DNA from: Planctomycetota bacterium
Lineage (GTDB): Bacteria > Planctomycetota > UBA8108 > UBA1146
Reading direction: 5' to 3'
Length of the DNA stretch: 59,876 bases
NCBI GenBank assembly: GCA_002711105.1
Contig: PAIH01000024.1
Span: 1 to 59,876 of the forward strand
Shown here: piece by piece, positions 48,481-57,791 of the stretch
How the letters are laid out: each line of letters begins with the position of its first letter
Position numbering within the stretch: position 1 is the first letter of the stretch
Translations under genes and position numbers: made by a program
The notes under the pieces: generated by a model
What the model saw: only the letters and a program-made list of their open reading frames with translations
Database searches by the model: none
Told to the model about the DNA's origin: nothing

Positions 48481-49836
48481 TCAGGAACCGCGTGGATCAA
48501 CTCCAAGTTTTGATTCCATACGAGCTGAATTTTCGATGTGATCTCCCCAACGCCTGACGTCTTCAGCGCTACGGGCCTCGACGAGAATCCGCAGCAGGGG
48601 TTCGGTTCCCGAATATCGAACCAGAATCCGGCCATTGTCACCCAGAGCCTGGCGCGCTTTTTCCATCGCTGACGACAGGAATTCCAACCCCTCTATCTCC
48701 GGGCGATCGAGGATTTTCAAGGTGCGTTGTTCTTGTGGGAAACGAACAATCCCCGACCGAAGATCAGCAAGGGAACGTCCAGATTCTCTAATTCGATGAG
48801 CAATACTGAGTCCTGTTCGAATCCCATCGCCTGTCGCCGCTTCGCTGCTGTGTATGATGTGGCCGGAGGGCTCCCCTCCGAGCAAGCCGCCACTTTCACG
48901 CAAGGCTGCTGCCACGGCACGATCTCCGACAGGGGTCCGTATCACCTCGATGCCATGACGGCCGAGATGCTCCTCGATTCCAACATTGGATAGCATCGTC
49001 AACGCAACCACTGGCGGCTCCAGGCTACCGCTATCCAGCAATGCTCTGGCCCAGATGACGATGACATCATCGCCATCAACAAGATCACCATGCTCATCGA
49101 CCAGTAGCGCTCGATCAGCGTCGCCATCGAGAGCAATCCCCAGATCAGCACCGGTTCGGAGCACTTCTTTGCCGAGAATCTCGGGATGCAAAGAGCCACA
49201 CCCCACATTGATCCGAGCGCCATCTGGTTGCTCATGCAATACGGAGACCTGGGCTCCTGCTCGACGAAACGCCTCAGGTGCCCAGCCACAGCCAGCACCG
49301 CAAGCACAGTCGAGAACCAGCGAGATACCAGCGAGAAACTGTCCCGGCGGAAAGGATTTGAGCAGAGTTTCGAGATATTCAACACCCAGAGCAGGATCGA
49401 CATCGATCTCTTGCAACGGACTTGGACTCCCGACCATTCTTGAGTGATCTTCGGAAATCAATCTCTCCTGATCTTCGGTAAGCTTGGAGCCGTCCGATGA
49501 AATCAACTTGATGCCGTTGAACTCTGGAGGATTGTGAGAAGCGGAGATCACGATACCGAGATCTGCGGAACCTTGGGCAAGGAGCACTGAAACGGCAGGG
49601 GTCGGGAGCTCTCCTGCATGAACAGTGGAACAACCGGAACGGCGCAATGCTCCTGCGATGACGCTCTCGATCTCTGGCCCGGTAAGCCGAGTATCTCGCG
49701 CCATCAATACTCTCCCGTGAGCGCACCCCTCTCGAGCCAGGTGCGATACGATGGCCAGAGCGAACCTATCGATGGAATCGGTAGAAAGTAGACCTTCTCC
49801 CGGGATACCCCGAACTCCGTCAGTACCAAATATCAC
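48481..49836 (-). CDS. glmM: phosphoglucosamine mutase
   Basis: Contains MIFGTDGVRG, the phosphoserine loop ISASHNPPEFNGIK, the metal site ALDGDADR, and GEPSGH. Confidence 0.95.
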   Translation of the reverse strand: MIFGTDGVRGIPGEGLLSTDSIDRFALAIVSHLAREGCAHGRVLMARDTRLTGPEIESVIAGALRRSGCSTVHAGELPTPAVSVLLAQGSADLGIVISASHNPPEFNGIKLISSDGSKLTEDQERLISEDHSRMVGSPSPLQEIDVDPALGVEYLETLLKSFPPGQFLAGISLVLDCACGAGCGWAPEAFRRAGAQVSVLHEQPDGARINVGCGSLHPEILGKEVLRTGADLGIALDGDADRALLVDEHGDLVDGDDVIVIWARALLDSGSLEPPVVALTMLSNVGIEEHLGRHGIEVIRTPVGDRAVAAALRESGGLLGGEPSGHIIHSSEAATGDGIRTGLSIAHRIRESGRSLADLRSGIVRFPQEQRTLKILDRPEIEGLEFLSSAMEKARQALGDNGRILVRYSGTEPLLRILVEARSAEDVRRWGDHIENSARMESKLGVDPRGS

Positions 49837-50897
49837 TTTTGCTCATTCTCTACCGGAGCCTCAGGGGATTGAGCGCTATATAGGATAATCCTCTCCAGTT
49901 TCACCTGATCCCGGGAAATCTGTTGCGGGAGACTTCCTTCGAGCCACCTGACCTCCTCGGCAGGTACATTCCGGTTCTCTCCATCGGTGTTGGTCACTTT
50001 GACGAGCAAGTAGAACGTCCCCAGCTCGACCCGTTTCTGCCACTCCCGTACCGCTTCTTCCACTCCGGACACCGTAACCTTGATGGTGCGATCTCCTCGG
50101 ATGTCGAGATCGACTTCTTCATCAACGATGTACCGCACAGAAACCTCAGCCTGCGCCTGAGTTAGATTAGGCTGGAACTCAAGACGTACTTGCACCTCGG
50201 AAGGAGAACCACTGGCAATGGTGACCAGTCCGGCTTCATTTCCGACAATCACCAGCTCAACGGTCTGTTCCAGATTGAGCGTAGAAATCCCGTCGATATC
50301 GATCTCCTGCGTCAATACGCCAACACTCTCCCCTTCGAGGAGCGATTGAGGTCCTTCGAGAAGAACCACTTTGGGTTCACTTTCGATACCACCCGGATAG
50401 AGCACGAATCCAGGACCAGGTGTCCCAGATATCATCGGTTTGACTTCCCTCTCCACTTTCACCACGGGATCAACGACGACGTTCAGGGAAGAAGGGTCAA
50501 TCGACTGGATCGAAAGTCCCGAGGGCAGATCAAAAGGGTCGCCGGTTCCTAGAATGAGACGCCCGCTGCGCTCGGCCCGGATGGTCCCGGACAGAAGCGG
50601 TGTAGATTCATGATATCGGGTGAGCACGTTCCGAGGTCCAGAAATGGAAATTCGAACACGACCGTTGAATCGATCTCCTACTTGCCCAACGAATCTCGTT
50701 TGCGCAATCTCCTGCTTCACCACCACCTGATTGTCACTGAGGGGTATCACGCTGATCTCGCCCTCGATGACCGTTTCATGACCCGTATTACCAAAGGCAA
50801 ACGCCCACACCACAACAGCAAGCACCAAGCTGGTAAATTTATTGCGCGCATTACCGATGAAAAACTCGATGACGCGTACCTTCAGCGGGGTCTTCAT
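49833..50897 (-). CDS. cdaR: YbbR-domain protein (CdaR-like regulator of diadenylate cyclase)
   Basis: N-terminal TM helix followed by repeated beta-rich YbbR-like modules. It sits in the conserved position between cdaA and glmM, with 4-nt overlaps on both sides. Confidence 0.7.
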   Translation of the reverse strand: MKTPLKVRVIEFFIGNARNKFTSLVLAVVVWAFAFGNTGHETVIEGEISVIPLSDNQVVVKQEIAQTRFVGQVGDRFNGRVRISISGPRNVLTRYHESTPLLSGTIRAERSGRLILGTGDPFDLPSGLSIQSIDPSSLNVVVDPVVKVEREVKPMISGTPGPGFVLYPGGIESEPKVVLLEGPQSLLEGESVGVLTQEIDIDGISTLNLEQTVELVIVGNEAGLVTIASGSPSEVQVRLEFQPNLTQAQAEVSVRYIVDEEVDLDIRGDRTIKVTVSGVEEAVREWQKRVELGTFYLLVKVTNTDGENRNVPAEEVRWLEGSLPQQISRDQVKLERIILYSAQSPEAPVENEQK

Positions 50898-51748
50898 GCT
50901 GCCTCCCCGCCACCAGTTGATTTCTCTTCCTTCAATTCGGACTTTTCTTCGACCGCCTCATCGGTTTTCGTGTAGTAGCTTCTCAACTTGTGTGCCAGCT
51001 GCTCACGGTCCAGATCTCGATGGACTTCTCCGCGAACGCAGAGAGAGATCATTCCGCTCTCCTCGCTGACGACCACCGTCACAGCATCCGACTCCTCGGT
51101 CAGCCCCACTGCGGCACGATGTCGAGTGCCTGCCCACGATCCCAGTTGCTCGTTCTCAGACAGAGGCAGTAAACAACCGGCAGCTGCAATTCTGCCCTTC
51201 TGGATAACGACTGCCCCGTCATGAAGAGCTGTCCCTGGATAAAAGATGGTCGCCAGAATCTCGGAGGAGACTTCAGCATCGAGGATGGTACCGCGATCGA
51301 CCCACGGATTGAGTGATTGGTCCCTCTCGATGGCAAAGAGTGCACCGACCCTGCTCTTGGAAAGAGAGAAGCAAGCACGAACCAAAACCACTACTAGCTC
51401 TTGTTCATCACGAACCAGTTCTCCGAAGATCGGTGCTTGGCTGAGACGAACCAGTCCGCGTCGCAATTCCGGGTGGAGAATGACGATGATCGCGGTGAAG
51501 GCCGCCGGGGTGACGAGATCAACCAGATATCCGATCCGATCCAGATCGAGGTAATTGACCACCAGGCGCGTCACCACCACGGTGAGAATCACGGTGAGTG
51601 CCAGTCCTTTGAGAACTCCTGCCCCACGAGTCCCCTCGCAGAACACGATGAACCAGTAGATCAACAGGTAGATGACGGCAACCTCGAAGAAAACCCGCCA
51701 AGGATCGATAGCCTCTACAGCGGTCCAGATTGCCTCAAACTCGTTCAA
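50894..51748 (-). CDS. cdaA: diadenylate cyclase CdaA (DisA_N/DAC domain)
   Basis: Three N-terminal TM helices. The DAC motifs are GALFAIE, TALHDGAVVI, and GTRHRAAVGLTEESDAVTVVVSEESG. Confidence 0.92.
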   Translation of the reverse strand: MNEFEAIWTAVEAIDPWRVFFEVAVIYLLIYWFIVFCEGTRGAGVLKGLALTVILTVVVTRLVVNYLDLDRIGYLVDLVTPAAFTAIIVILHPELRRGLVRLSQAPIFGELVRDEQELVVVLVRACFSLSKSRVGALFAIERDQSLNPWVDRGTILDAEVSSEILATIFYPGTALHDGAVVIQKGRIAAAGCLLPLSENEQLGSWAGTRHRAAVGLTEESDAVTVVVSEESGMISLCVRGEVHRDLDREQLAHKLRSYYTKTDEAVEEKSELKEEKSTGGGEAA

Positions 51749-52563
51749 CTCTTTCCTCCCTCGACGAGGACCGGATCCTCGATCGCTGCCAGTGCAGACA
51801 GGTACGTAACAGTCTCTGCAACATCATGCACCCGAACCCACTCCACCCCCACCGAACGGGCTCTACTGACAAACGCCAGTGAAGCCGGCAGTCGATTCTC
51901 AGGCGGGGAATCGTCGAAAGCACCCGTAAAGGATTTTCGCGATGCCCCGATGAGGAGCGAAACACCCAGGGAACGAAACTCTTCAAGCCCCCTGCCGATC
52001 TCGTAGTTATCTACGAGACGTTTGCCAAAACCTAGCCCAGGGTCGGCGATGATATTCTCCCTGGGAATCCCGACCGACACGCAATAGTCGATCCGCTGGC
52101 AAAGAAACTCTCGAATCTCCGCGATGACATGGCTGTATCGTGGCTTTTCTTGCATCGTCAGGGGAACCCCCTGGCGATGCATCAGAATTACCTTTAACCG
52201 CTCGGAAGCGATCACTGCCGCAAGTTCAGGATCATCCACCAGCGCTGATGTATCGTTAACGATGGTGGCTCCCAGAGCAGCGGCAGCTCGTGCCACCTGG
52301 GATCTACGGGTATCGATACTGACGGGGACAGCAATCTTCCCTCTGACGGCTTCCAGTACAGGAACCACCCTCGAGAGCTCTTCCTCCAGCGACACTTCCA
52401 GAGATCCCGGCCTGGTCGACTCTCCTCCGATGTCGATGGCATCGGCGCCCTGACGAACCATTTCCAGAGCACGCTCCAGTGCGCACTCAACATCCATCCA
52501 GCATCCCCCATCACTGAAGGAATCTGGCGTCACGTTCAGAATGCCGAGTACCTTCGGAGTCAC
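51745..52563 (-). CDS. folP: dihydropteroate synthase
   Basis: Contains GILNVTPDSFSDGG, DIGGESTRPG, SIDT, and NDTSAL...MH...GIGFGK-type motifs (DPGLGFGK). Confidence 0.93.
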   Translation of the reverse strand: MTPKVLGILNVTPDSFSDGGCWMDVECALERALEMVRQGADAIDIGGESTRPGSLEVSLEEELSRVVPVLEAVRGKIAVPVSIDTRRSQVARAAAALGATIVNDTSALVDDPELAAVIASERLKVILMHRQGVPLTMQEKPRYSHVIAEIREFLCQRIDYCVSVGIPRENIIADPGLGFGKRLVDNYEIGRGLEEFRSLGVSLLIGASRKSFTGAFDDSPPENRLPASLAFVSRARSVGVEWVRVHDVAETVTYLSALAAIEDPVLVEGGKS

Positions 52564-52602
52564 GGTATTCTTCCTATCGGCGGGAACAGGGACACGTCCC
52601 GC

Positions 52603-53103
52603 TCACCGCTTCTCGTCGTACCAGGGTTCCAGTTCTGCCACCAGTCGACGGGCAATCTCCCCAACCGCTTCTGCTCGCGCATCTTCGATGCTCTCCCCCG
52701 CAGAACCAGAGAAGGATGCCATATCCTCAACCACTCGCTCGAGGAGCAAGCGTTGATCCCTCGTCCTGATCAGGCTGAGTGCAACTCGAACGACAATCCC
52801 AACCTCTTGTATCGCACCTTCGGATCCTTCGACGAGAACGCCTTGCCGGAAATCTAATACGGTTCCACGTAACACCGCATCGGCAGACTGCTCAGAAACC
52901 AGGTGAGCCTCAGTGCGTAATTGCAATTCCCGCTTCACCGCTCGAGTCAGATCGAACTCGATATCCCTTCGGAATGGAATGGTCTCGTTGAGGAACACCG
53001 GAACGGAAATTTTCTGAACTCCCCGAGGCAAGCGATACCCTGGAGAGTAGCCACAACCGATTATCCAGCACACGAGAAGCAGCAGCGCCAGAAAACGCTT
53101 CAT
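52603..53103 (-). CDS. LptE-like lipoprotein (LPS-assembly lipoprotein family), putative
   Basis: Lipobox LLLVCWIIGCG. About 166 aa. Sits directly downstream of a BamD-like gene. The family assignment rests on size, context and a weak motif. Confidence 0.45.
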   Translation of the reverse strand: MKRFLALLLLVCWIIGCGYSPGYRLPRGVQKISVPVFLNETIPFRRDIEFDLTRAVKRELQLRTEAHLVSEQSADAVLRGTVLDFRQGVLVEGSEGAIQEVGIVVRVALSLIRTRDQRLLLERVVEDMASFSGSAGESIEDARAEAVGEIARRLVAELEPWYDEKR

Positions 53104-54008
53104 GACTTCTCCTTATTTTCCGCGAAGATTTCCCGCAGCATCTGCTCTGCCTGAAGCGCTTCCTTGCTGGCAGGCACCTCCAGGATGATCTTTTCCAGGT
53201 AGATGCGAGCGGATTCGAGCTTATCGACACGGATATAGAAGTTCGCGACCAGCAATCTCCGGCGCGCCCTCAATATCTGAATCTCCTGTAGAGCACTCCT
53301 GGCTCGCTGTGCATCGTCCTGGTTCGGGTACAGACGTAGATACCTCCGGTAGTGCCTTTCAGCATCCGAGAGCGGCCCTAGATCGTACTCGACACCTTTA
53401 ATTTGCGAGAGAAATGCATCCGCAATGAGGATCTGTGCAGGAGCTGCCCAGCTACTGTTGGGATATTCACGAAGAAGTCTTCCGAAAAGACGCTCCGCCT
53501 CCTTCGGTTGTTTGTCCTTCAAGTACCAGCTAGCGCAATGATATATGGCATCGTCACTGAACGGTTGGAACGGGTAACGTTCCACCAGATCACTGAGGAC
53601 ATTGAGTCCCTTTCTCTCGGCACTCACCTCAAGACCCAGTAATCGGCGAGTCGCACCGTTGAGGTAAGCGATCCCTATCTCGTAACGAATTTCCAGAGTC
53701 CGTTGCAGCGTGCCGGAACCTGGATCCGAATCGAAGATCTCTTCGGTCACTCGCAACGCTTCATCATTGTTTCGGACAGCTCTTAATGACTCTGCCAGTC
53801 CGAGCCGGATCCTCGCAAGCAGTGGTCCAGGGGTAGGAGTTCTATCGTCGCCATAGAGAGCAATCTCAAGCGAATCTTCGTAGAGGGTCACCGCGTCAGC
53901 ATGACGACCCTCTTCCAGCGCATCTCGCGCCTGGATCAAAAGATCTGCAAGAGGATCACCACCCGAGAGGGTAGTCACCACCAAGATCAGAACGAGACAG
54001 CTGGACAA
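53100..54008 (-). CDS. BamD/YfiO-like TPR outer-membrane assembly lipoprotein, putative
   Basis: 302 aa with an N-terminal signal sequence. TPR-like repeats are present, including YPNSSWAAPAQILIADAF and YLRLYPNQDDAQRA. Confidence 0.5.
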   Translation of the reverse strand: MSSCLVLILVVTTLSGGDPLADLLIQARDALEEGRHADAVTLYEDSLEIALYGDDRTPTPGPLLARIRLGLAESLRAVRNNDEALRVTEEIFDSDPGSGTLQRTLEIRYEIGIAYLNGATRRLLGLEVSAERKGLNVLSDLVERYPFQPFSDDAIYHCASWYLKDKQPKEAERLFGRLLREYPNSSWAAPAQILIADAFLSQIKGVEYDLGPLSDAERHYRRYLRLYPNQDDAQRARSALQEIQILRARRRLLVANFYIRVDKLESARIYLEKIILEVPASKEALQAEQMLREIFAENKEKS

Positions 54009-54054
54009 CTCGGGGCTCCCCTTCCCGCTACGATGCCACCCCTGCGGGGAGACT

Positions 54055-54798
54055 TCACACGCGCAAGTATCTTAGCGACCTGGGCGGACGCTCCAAGTGA
54101 TGCAACAGAAGCGACTTCAGAAGATTCCAGGCCGCATCCACTTCCCGAGGTGGAACCTCCCAGGAAGGCACTAGACCCCATTCTCGGCCCGAATCGGCGG
54201 CCAGATAGGCCCTGACACGGGGATCGATGAACTGGCCTTCGGTCGAACCGGCACAGAAACTACAGATCAGGCCAGAGGGTATCCCCAGATAGGCCCCCGT
54301 ATCGATCTCCCGTTCGCACTCGCTACAACAATCCCAACGGGGAAGTACACCACCGGCGTGGAGGGCCGATTGTAGAAAGCGATTCCTGAGACGACGACGA
54401 CCTTGACCGTGCTCCAGTAACTTCAGGTACTGGAGGACCTCGCGCAACAGATCGGGGTGAGGATCCCCTGGAGAAAAGAAGTTCCGAAGCACATCGAGGA
54501 CAAAGGTGGCATCGAGCCAGGAGGGTAAATCTCGTCGAAGATGGTCAAATCCCTCCACCAACTGAGCTTCAGTCGCTAGATGCAGATCGGTTCCCCGCGC
54601 CCGATAGTTGAGGTCATACCAGCCAGCAAGATCGAAGGGCGAGGGAAATGCAGAGGAAGCGCGAGCTGGTCGACGAGATCCCTTCGCCAGCATATCGAGG
54701 ATACCTTGATCACGGGTAAAAACTCGGATGACCTGGGAGGTTTCTGAGAAGTCGGTAGAGCGAAGAACGAGGGCCCTGGTCCGGAAGACCCCTTTCAT
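54055..54798 (-). CDS. recO: DNA repair protein RecO
   Basis: N-terminal OB fold RTRALVLRSTDFSETSQVIRVFTRDQG, and a C-terminal Cys4 zinc motif (CCSCE...CSFC). Confidence 0.85.
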   Translation of the reverse strand: MKGVFRTRALVLRSTDFSETSQVIRVFTRDQGILDMLAKGSRRPARASSAFPSPFDLAGWYDLNYRARGTDLHLATEAQLVEGFDHLRRDLPSWLDATFVLDVLRNFFSPGDPHPDLLREVLQYLKLLEHGQGRRRLRNRFLQSALHAGGVLPRWDCCSECEREIDTGAYLGIPSGLICSFCAGSTEGQFIDPRVRAYLAADSGREWGLVPSWEVPPREVDAAWNLLKSLLLHHLERPPRSLRYLRV

Positions 54799-56103
54799 CT
54801 ACGAACCGTTCCTGTGAGGACCTTGAACTTTGGCACGGACACGCTTGATCTTCCGGTCGTCTGCTCTCGTGACCCGAAACAAAATGTGTTTCGTTCCCAG
54901 TTCTTCCCCTTCACGAGGAATATGACCGAGAGCCGAGAATAGAAAACCAGCAACCGTTTCGTAGTCGTCACTCTCTGGAATAAGATCTCCCAGGGATCTG
55001 TTCACATCCATGATGCTGGTTCTACCGTCCAGATCCCATGTCATCTCATCAATCTTACGGATCTGATCCCTGCCCGCAGTGTCATATTCATCTTCGATCT
55101 CTCCGACGATCTCCTCGAGGATATCCTCGATGGTGACCAGACCCGATGTGCCACCGTATTCATCCAACACCACTGCAATATGAAATCTCTCGGCTCTGAA
55201 CTCTCCCAATAGCTCTTTCAATTCCTTCGTTTCAGGAACGAAATGTATCTTCCGTACCACCTTCTCGATCCTCAGGTTCCGTAGCCCCTCATCGGCAGCA
55301 TGGCGGAGTAAATCCTTGACGTAGAGCACTCCGATGATCTCGTCCACGTCCTTGCGATAAATCGGAATCCTTGAGTGACCGCAGGCGATAGCCTTGGGAA
55401 TGGCGTCCTCAACGGTGTCAGAGGCCTCGAAACAAACCATGTCGGTTCTAGGAGTCATCACCTCAACCACTTCAGCATCGCGAAACTGCAATACTGATTC
55501 GATCATCGACTTCTCACCCTGCTCCAGCAGGCCTTCCCGCTCTCCAAGCTCCACTGCAGCGCGAATGCCTGCTTCAGCAAGATCCTGATCGCTACGATCC
55601 GCCCGACCTCCGATCAGGCGAAGTAGAGCACGCCGGACACCACGAAATGATGCCGTCAGCGGTGACAGCAGCTTCTCTACCGCATCCAGGGCCGGAAGCA
55701 CACGTACGAAGATTCGATCGCCAACCCACATCGAAATCGCTTCGGGAATCAACTCAAGAACGATGAGTCCGATGAATACCAGTTCGATGGCAAGCCAGAT
55801 CGGCCACCATTGTGCCAACTGGGAACCAAAATCCGATCCCAGATACCAACCCACTCCTTGAGCTCGCATCAGAGCCATGGAAGAAAACCAGGTGCCACGA
55901 AGCAGGTACTGAACCATCAAGAGCATCACATCGATGCGACGGATCCGTTCTGGTTCATCCGATTCGCCATTCTCTTGGAAAAACTCGTGGTAGTAACCCG
56001 AAGATGTAGTGCGACAACATCTCCGCACCACGGAAGCGAGAAACGCGAGCAGTAACGCGACCCATGCAACTGAACTCAGGACTTCTGCTGATGGCAAATT
56101 CAA
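54799..56103 (-). CDS. hemolysin-family protein (CNNM/DUF21 TM domain + CBS pair + CorC_HlyC)
   Basis: 434 aa. VMTPRTDMV is followed by CBS pairs, then IVGEIEDEYD, and a CorC_HlyC C-terminus. Confidence 0.85.
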   Translation of the reverse strand: MNLPSAEVLSSVAWVALLLAFLASVVRRCCRTTSSGYYHEFFQENGESDEPERIRRIDVMLLMVQYLLRGTWFSSMALMRAQGVGWYLGSDFGSQLAQWWPIWLAIELVFIGLIVLELIPEAISMWVGDRIFVRVLPALDAVEKLLSPLTASFRGVRRALLRLIGGRADRSDQDLAEAGIRAAVELGEREGLLEQGEKSMIESVLQFRDAEVVEVMTPRTDMVCFEASDTVEDAIPKAIACGHSRIPIYRKDVDEIIGVLYVKDLLRHAADEGLRNLRIEKVVRKIHFVPETKELKELLGEFRAERFHIAVVLDEYGGTSGLVTIEDILEEIVGEIEDEYDTAGRDQIRKIDEMTWDLDGRTSIMDVNRSLGDLIPESDDYETVAGFLFSALGHIPREGEELGTKHILFRVTRADDRKIKRVRAKVQGPHRNGS

Positions 56104-56208
56104 AGGACCATTCCTTCCCTCGACGGGGAAGGTGACGGTTCAGGACCTTCGTCTCCGCTTAACGCAGAATCTTCGTTATCATTCGGCAATCTCGTACCTC
56201 CAAGTAGT

Positions 56209-57396
56209 TCATCTGTCATAGAGTGGTAGATATCCCAGTGGCAATTCTAGTATCAGGAGCGCCATCGCTGTTCCGTATTCATCTCCAAAACGACTCTCCC
56301 ACGAGCCCTCATCCTTCTGCAACTCCAGAACACGTGGCCACACCGATTCACTCCATCGCTTCCAGATAGCTCCCCGCGATTGCTGAAGAACCTGACCGGC
56401 GTAAAAGTTACCGTAGTAAGGGAAATTCGTGGCCGCCCTGAAGGCACTCTTGCGACTCCGCTCGGCTTTTTCGATGGACCGTCGCAAGTACTCCATCCCT
56501 TTCTGTCGCTCCTCCAACGCATATTCCCCGGCAGAATCCATGGTCGAGAGAGAAGCGGCTGTAATTTCGAAGGAGGTTCGGTTTGTAGATCTCGTCAGGG
56601 AGTAGCGAAACGAACCGTCATCGGTGCAACACTTCTTCAGGTAGCCCACTGCCCTGGCAATCGGTTCCGCAGGTACTGCGAATCCTGAATCTTTTGCGGC
56701 TCTCAGGGACTGCAAGCAACACACTGTCAGAGATGCCTCATCGAGCGGGTCAGTCGGCTCGTACCCCCAACCTCCCTGGTTCGTCTGGCAGGAGAGGATC
56801 AGATCGATCCCGGAACGAATCACCTTCCTCAATTGATCTTCGCGTTGCGGCGTCGGTAACTGCCCCACCACTTGAGAGAGGAACAGGATGGCATAGGTGT
56901 GCCCATGCATCCTGGAACGAGTCTCACCTCGATCCTTGAGGTATCCACGCTCATCGGACCTGACAGGAGAGATCAGGTAATCGACTGCTCTCTCCAGAGC
57001 AGCACCTTCTTTTCCAACGCCATACTCCACTCCGCCGCCCAGTAGCGCCATCCCCGAAAGGGATGTCACTGCCACCGGGAATGAACTGGAGAAAGCTCCA
57101 ACACCATTCTGCTGTTCTACGAGGAAGCTGATACCACGCTGGATGGCGAGTTCACTGCGGGAATCATGAGGAGCCCCAAGGGCAACCGTCTGAGCACTCT
57201 TGCCCGACCGCTGCTCGTCATCGAACAAGGGCGAATGGGAGCAGAGGGAAGCCAAACAGAGCGCCGGAAAAAGGAACACGAATCCCCACAAAGCCAATGG
57301 CATACCGACTCGTGCCCAGCACGATGACGATACCGACCTACTCGGAGGTTCCTCGGGCGGCGATTCTATAGGTTCAGGGTGAGCGTCATCATTCAA
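56209..57396 (-). CDS. prenyltransferase/squalene-oxidase-repeat (alpha/alpha-toroid) protein, secreted
   Basis: Repeated QxxxGxW-type motifs (QQNGVGAF, QTNQGGWGYEP, TDDGSFRY, KDEGSWESRFG). The TTG at 57396 overlaps the upstream TGA. An alternative ATG at 57303 (MPLALWGFVFLFPALCLA) gives a cleaner signal peptide. Confidence 0.6.
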   Translation of the reverse strand: MNDDAHPEPIESPPEEPPSRSVSSSCWARVGMPLALWGFVFLFPALCLASLCSHSPLFDDEQRSGKSAQTVALGAPHDSRSELAIQRGISFLVEQQNGVGAFSSSFPVAVTSLSGMALLGGGVEYGVGKEGAALERAVDYLISPVRSDERGYLKDRGETRSRMHGHTYAILFLSQVVGQLPTPQREDQLRKVIRSGIDLILSCQTNQGGWGYEPTDPLDEASLTVCCLQSLRAAKDSGFAVPAEPIARAVGYLKKCCTDDGSFRYSLTRSTNRTSFEITAASLSTMDSAGEYALEERQKGMEYLRRSIEKAERSRKSAFRAATNFPYYGNFYAGQVLQQSRGAIWKRWSESVWPRVLELQKDEGSWESRFGDEYGTAMALLILELPLGYLPLYDR

Positions 57397-57791
57397 CGTG
57401 GGGATTGCTCCGGTAGTTTGCGGAAGTAGTCCTCAAGTAATATGCGGTACTTCTCTGGCAATTTACGGCGCCCGTTATCGTACATTCGCTGAATCACGGT
57501 CTTCGGTAGCCGCCCCCAACGCCCTCTTCCCTGCTGATCACGCAGATCTCCGACCTTCTCATCCGGTAGCTCTCCGTCAGCAGTGCGGTCATTGCGTACC
57601 TGGTCGGAACCGTCGGGATTCTTGGCAGACTCTGGCTTGCCCTTGGCCTGGGATGACGAGTCCTTCTGCTGACCCTTGTCTTCCTGGGAACGACTCTGAC
57701 GTTGGCCACTGGCCTGCTCCTGATCACGACCCGAAGTACCTTGCTGTCGTGCTTGCTGAGGATTCCCCGACGGGGAACCACCACCATTGGG
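57393..57791 (-). CDS. start-less 132-codon continuation of the upstream ORF beyond an in-frame TGA (Q/S/G-rich region plus a conserved-looking basic C-terminal tail)
   Basis: Not in the ORF track. Hand translation of the same frame as 57792..58325 gives PNGGGSPSGNPQQARQQGTSGRDQEQASGQRQSRSQEDKGQQKDSSSQAKGKPESAKNPDGSDQVRNDRTADGELPDEKVGDLRDQQGRGRWGRLPKTVIQRMYDNGRRKLPEKYRILLEDYFRKLPEQSPR*. There is no ATG/GTG/TTG until codon 99. Confidence 0.45.
   Translation of the reverse strand, partial: PNGGGSPSGNPQQARQQGTSGRDQEQASGQRQSRSQEDKGQQKDSSSQAKGKPESAKNPDGSDQVRNDRTADGELPDEKVGDLRDQQGRGRWGRLPKTVIQRMYDNGRRKLPEKYRILLEDYFRKLPEQSPR
57761..57779 (-). promoter_or_regulatory. GC-rich mRNA hairpin 12 nt downstream of the in-frame UGA at 57792-57794
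   Basis: GGUUCCCC-GUC-GGGGAAUC: an 8-bp stem (one G-U pair) with a 3-nt loop, or a 7-bp stem with a CGUCG loop. No U-tract follows it. Confidence 0.4.

Noticed and set aside
48808-48830. A tRNA T-arm-like motif TGTTCGAATCCC
   Set aside because: It lies inside the strongly supported glmM coding sequence, with no flanking acceptor or anticodon-arm structure. No tRNA genes are supported anywhere in the window.
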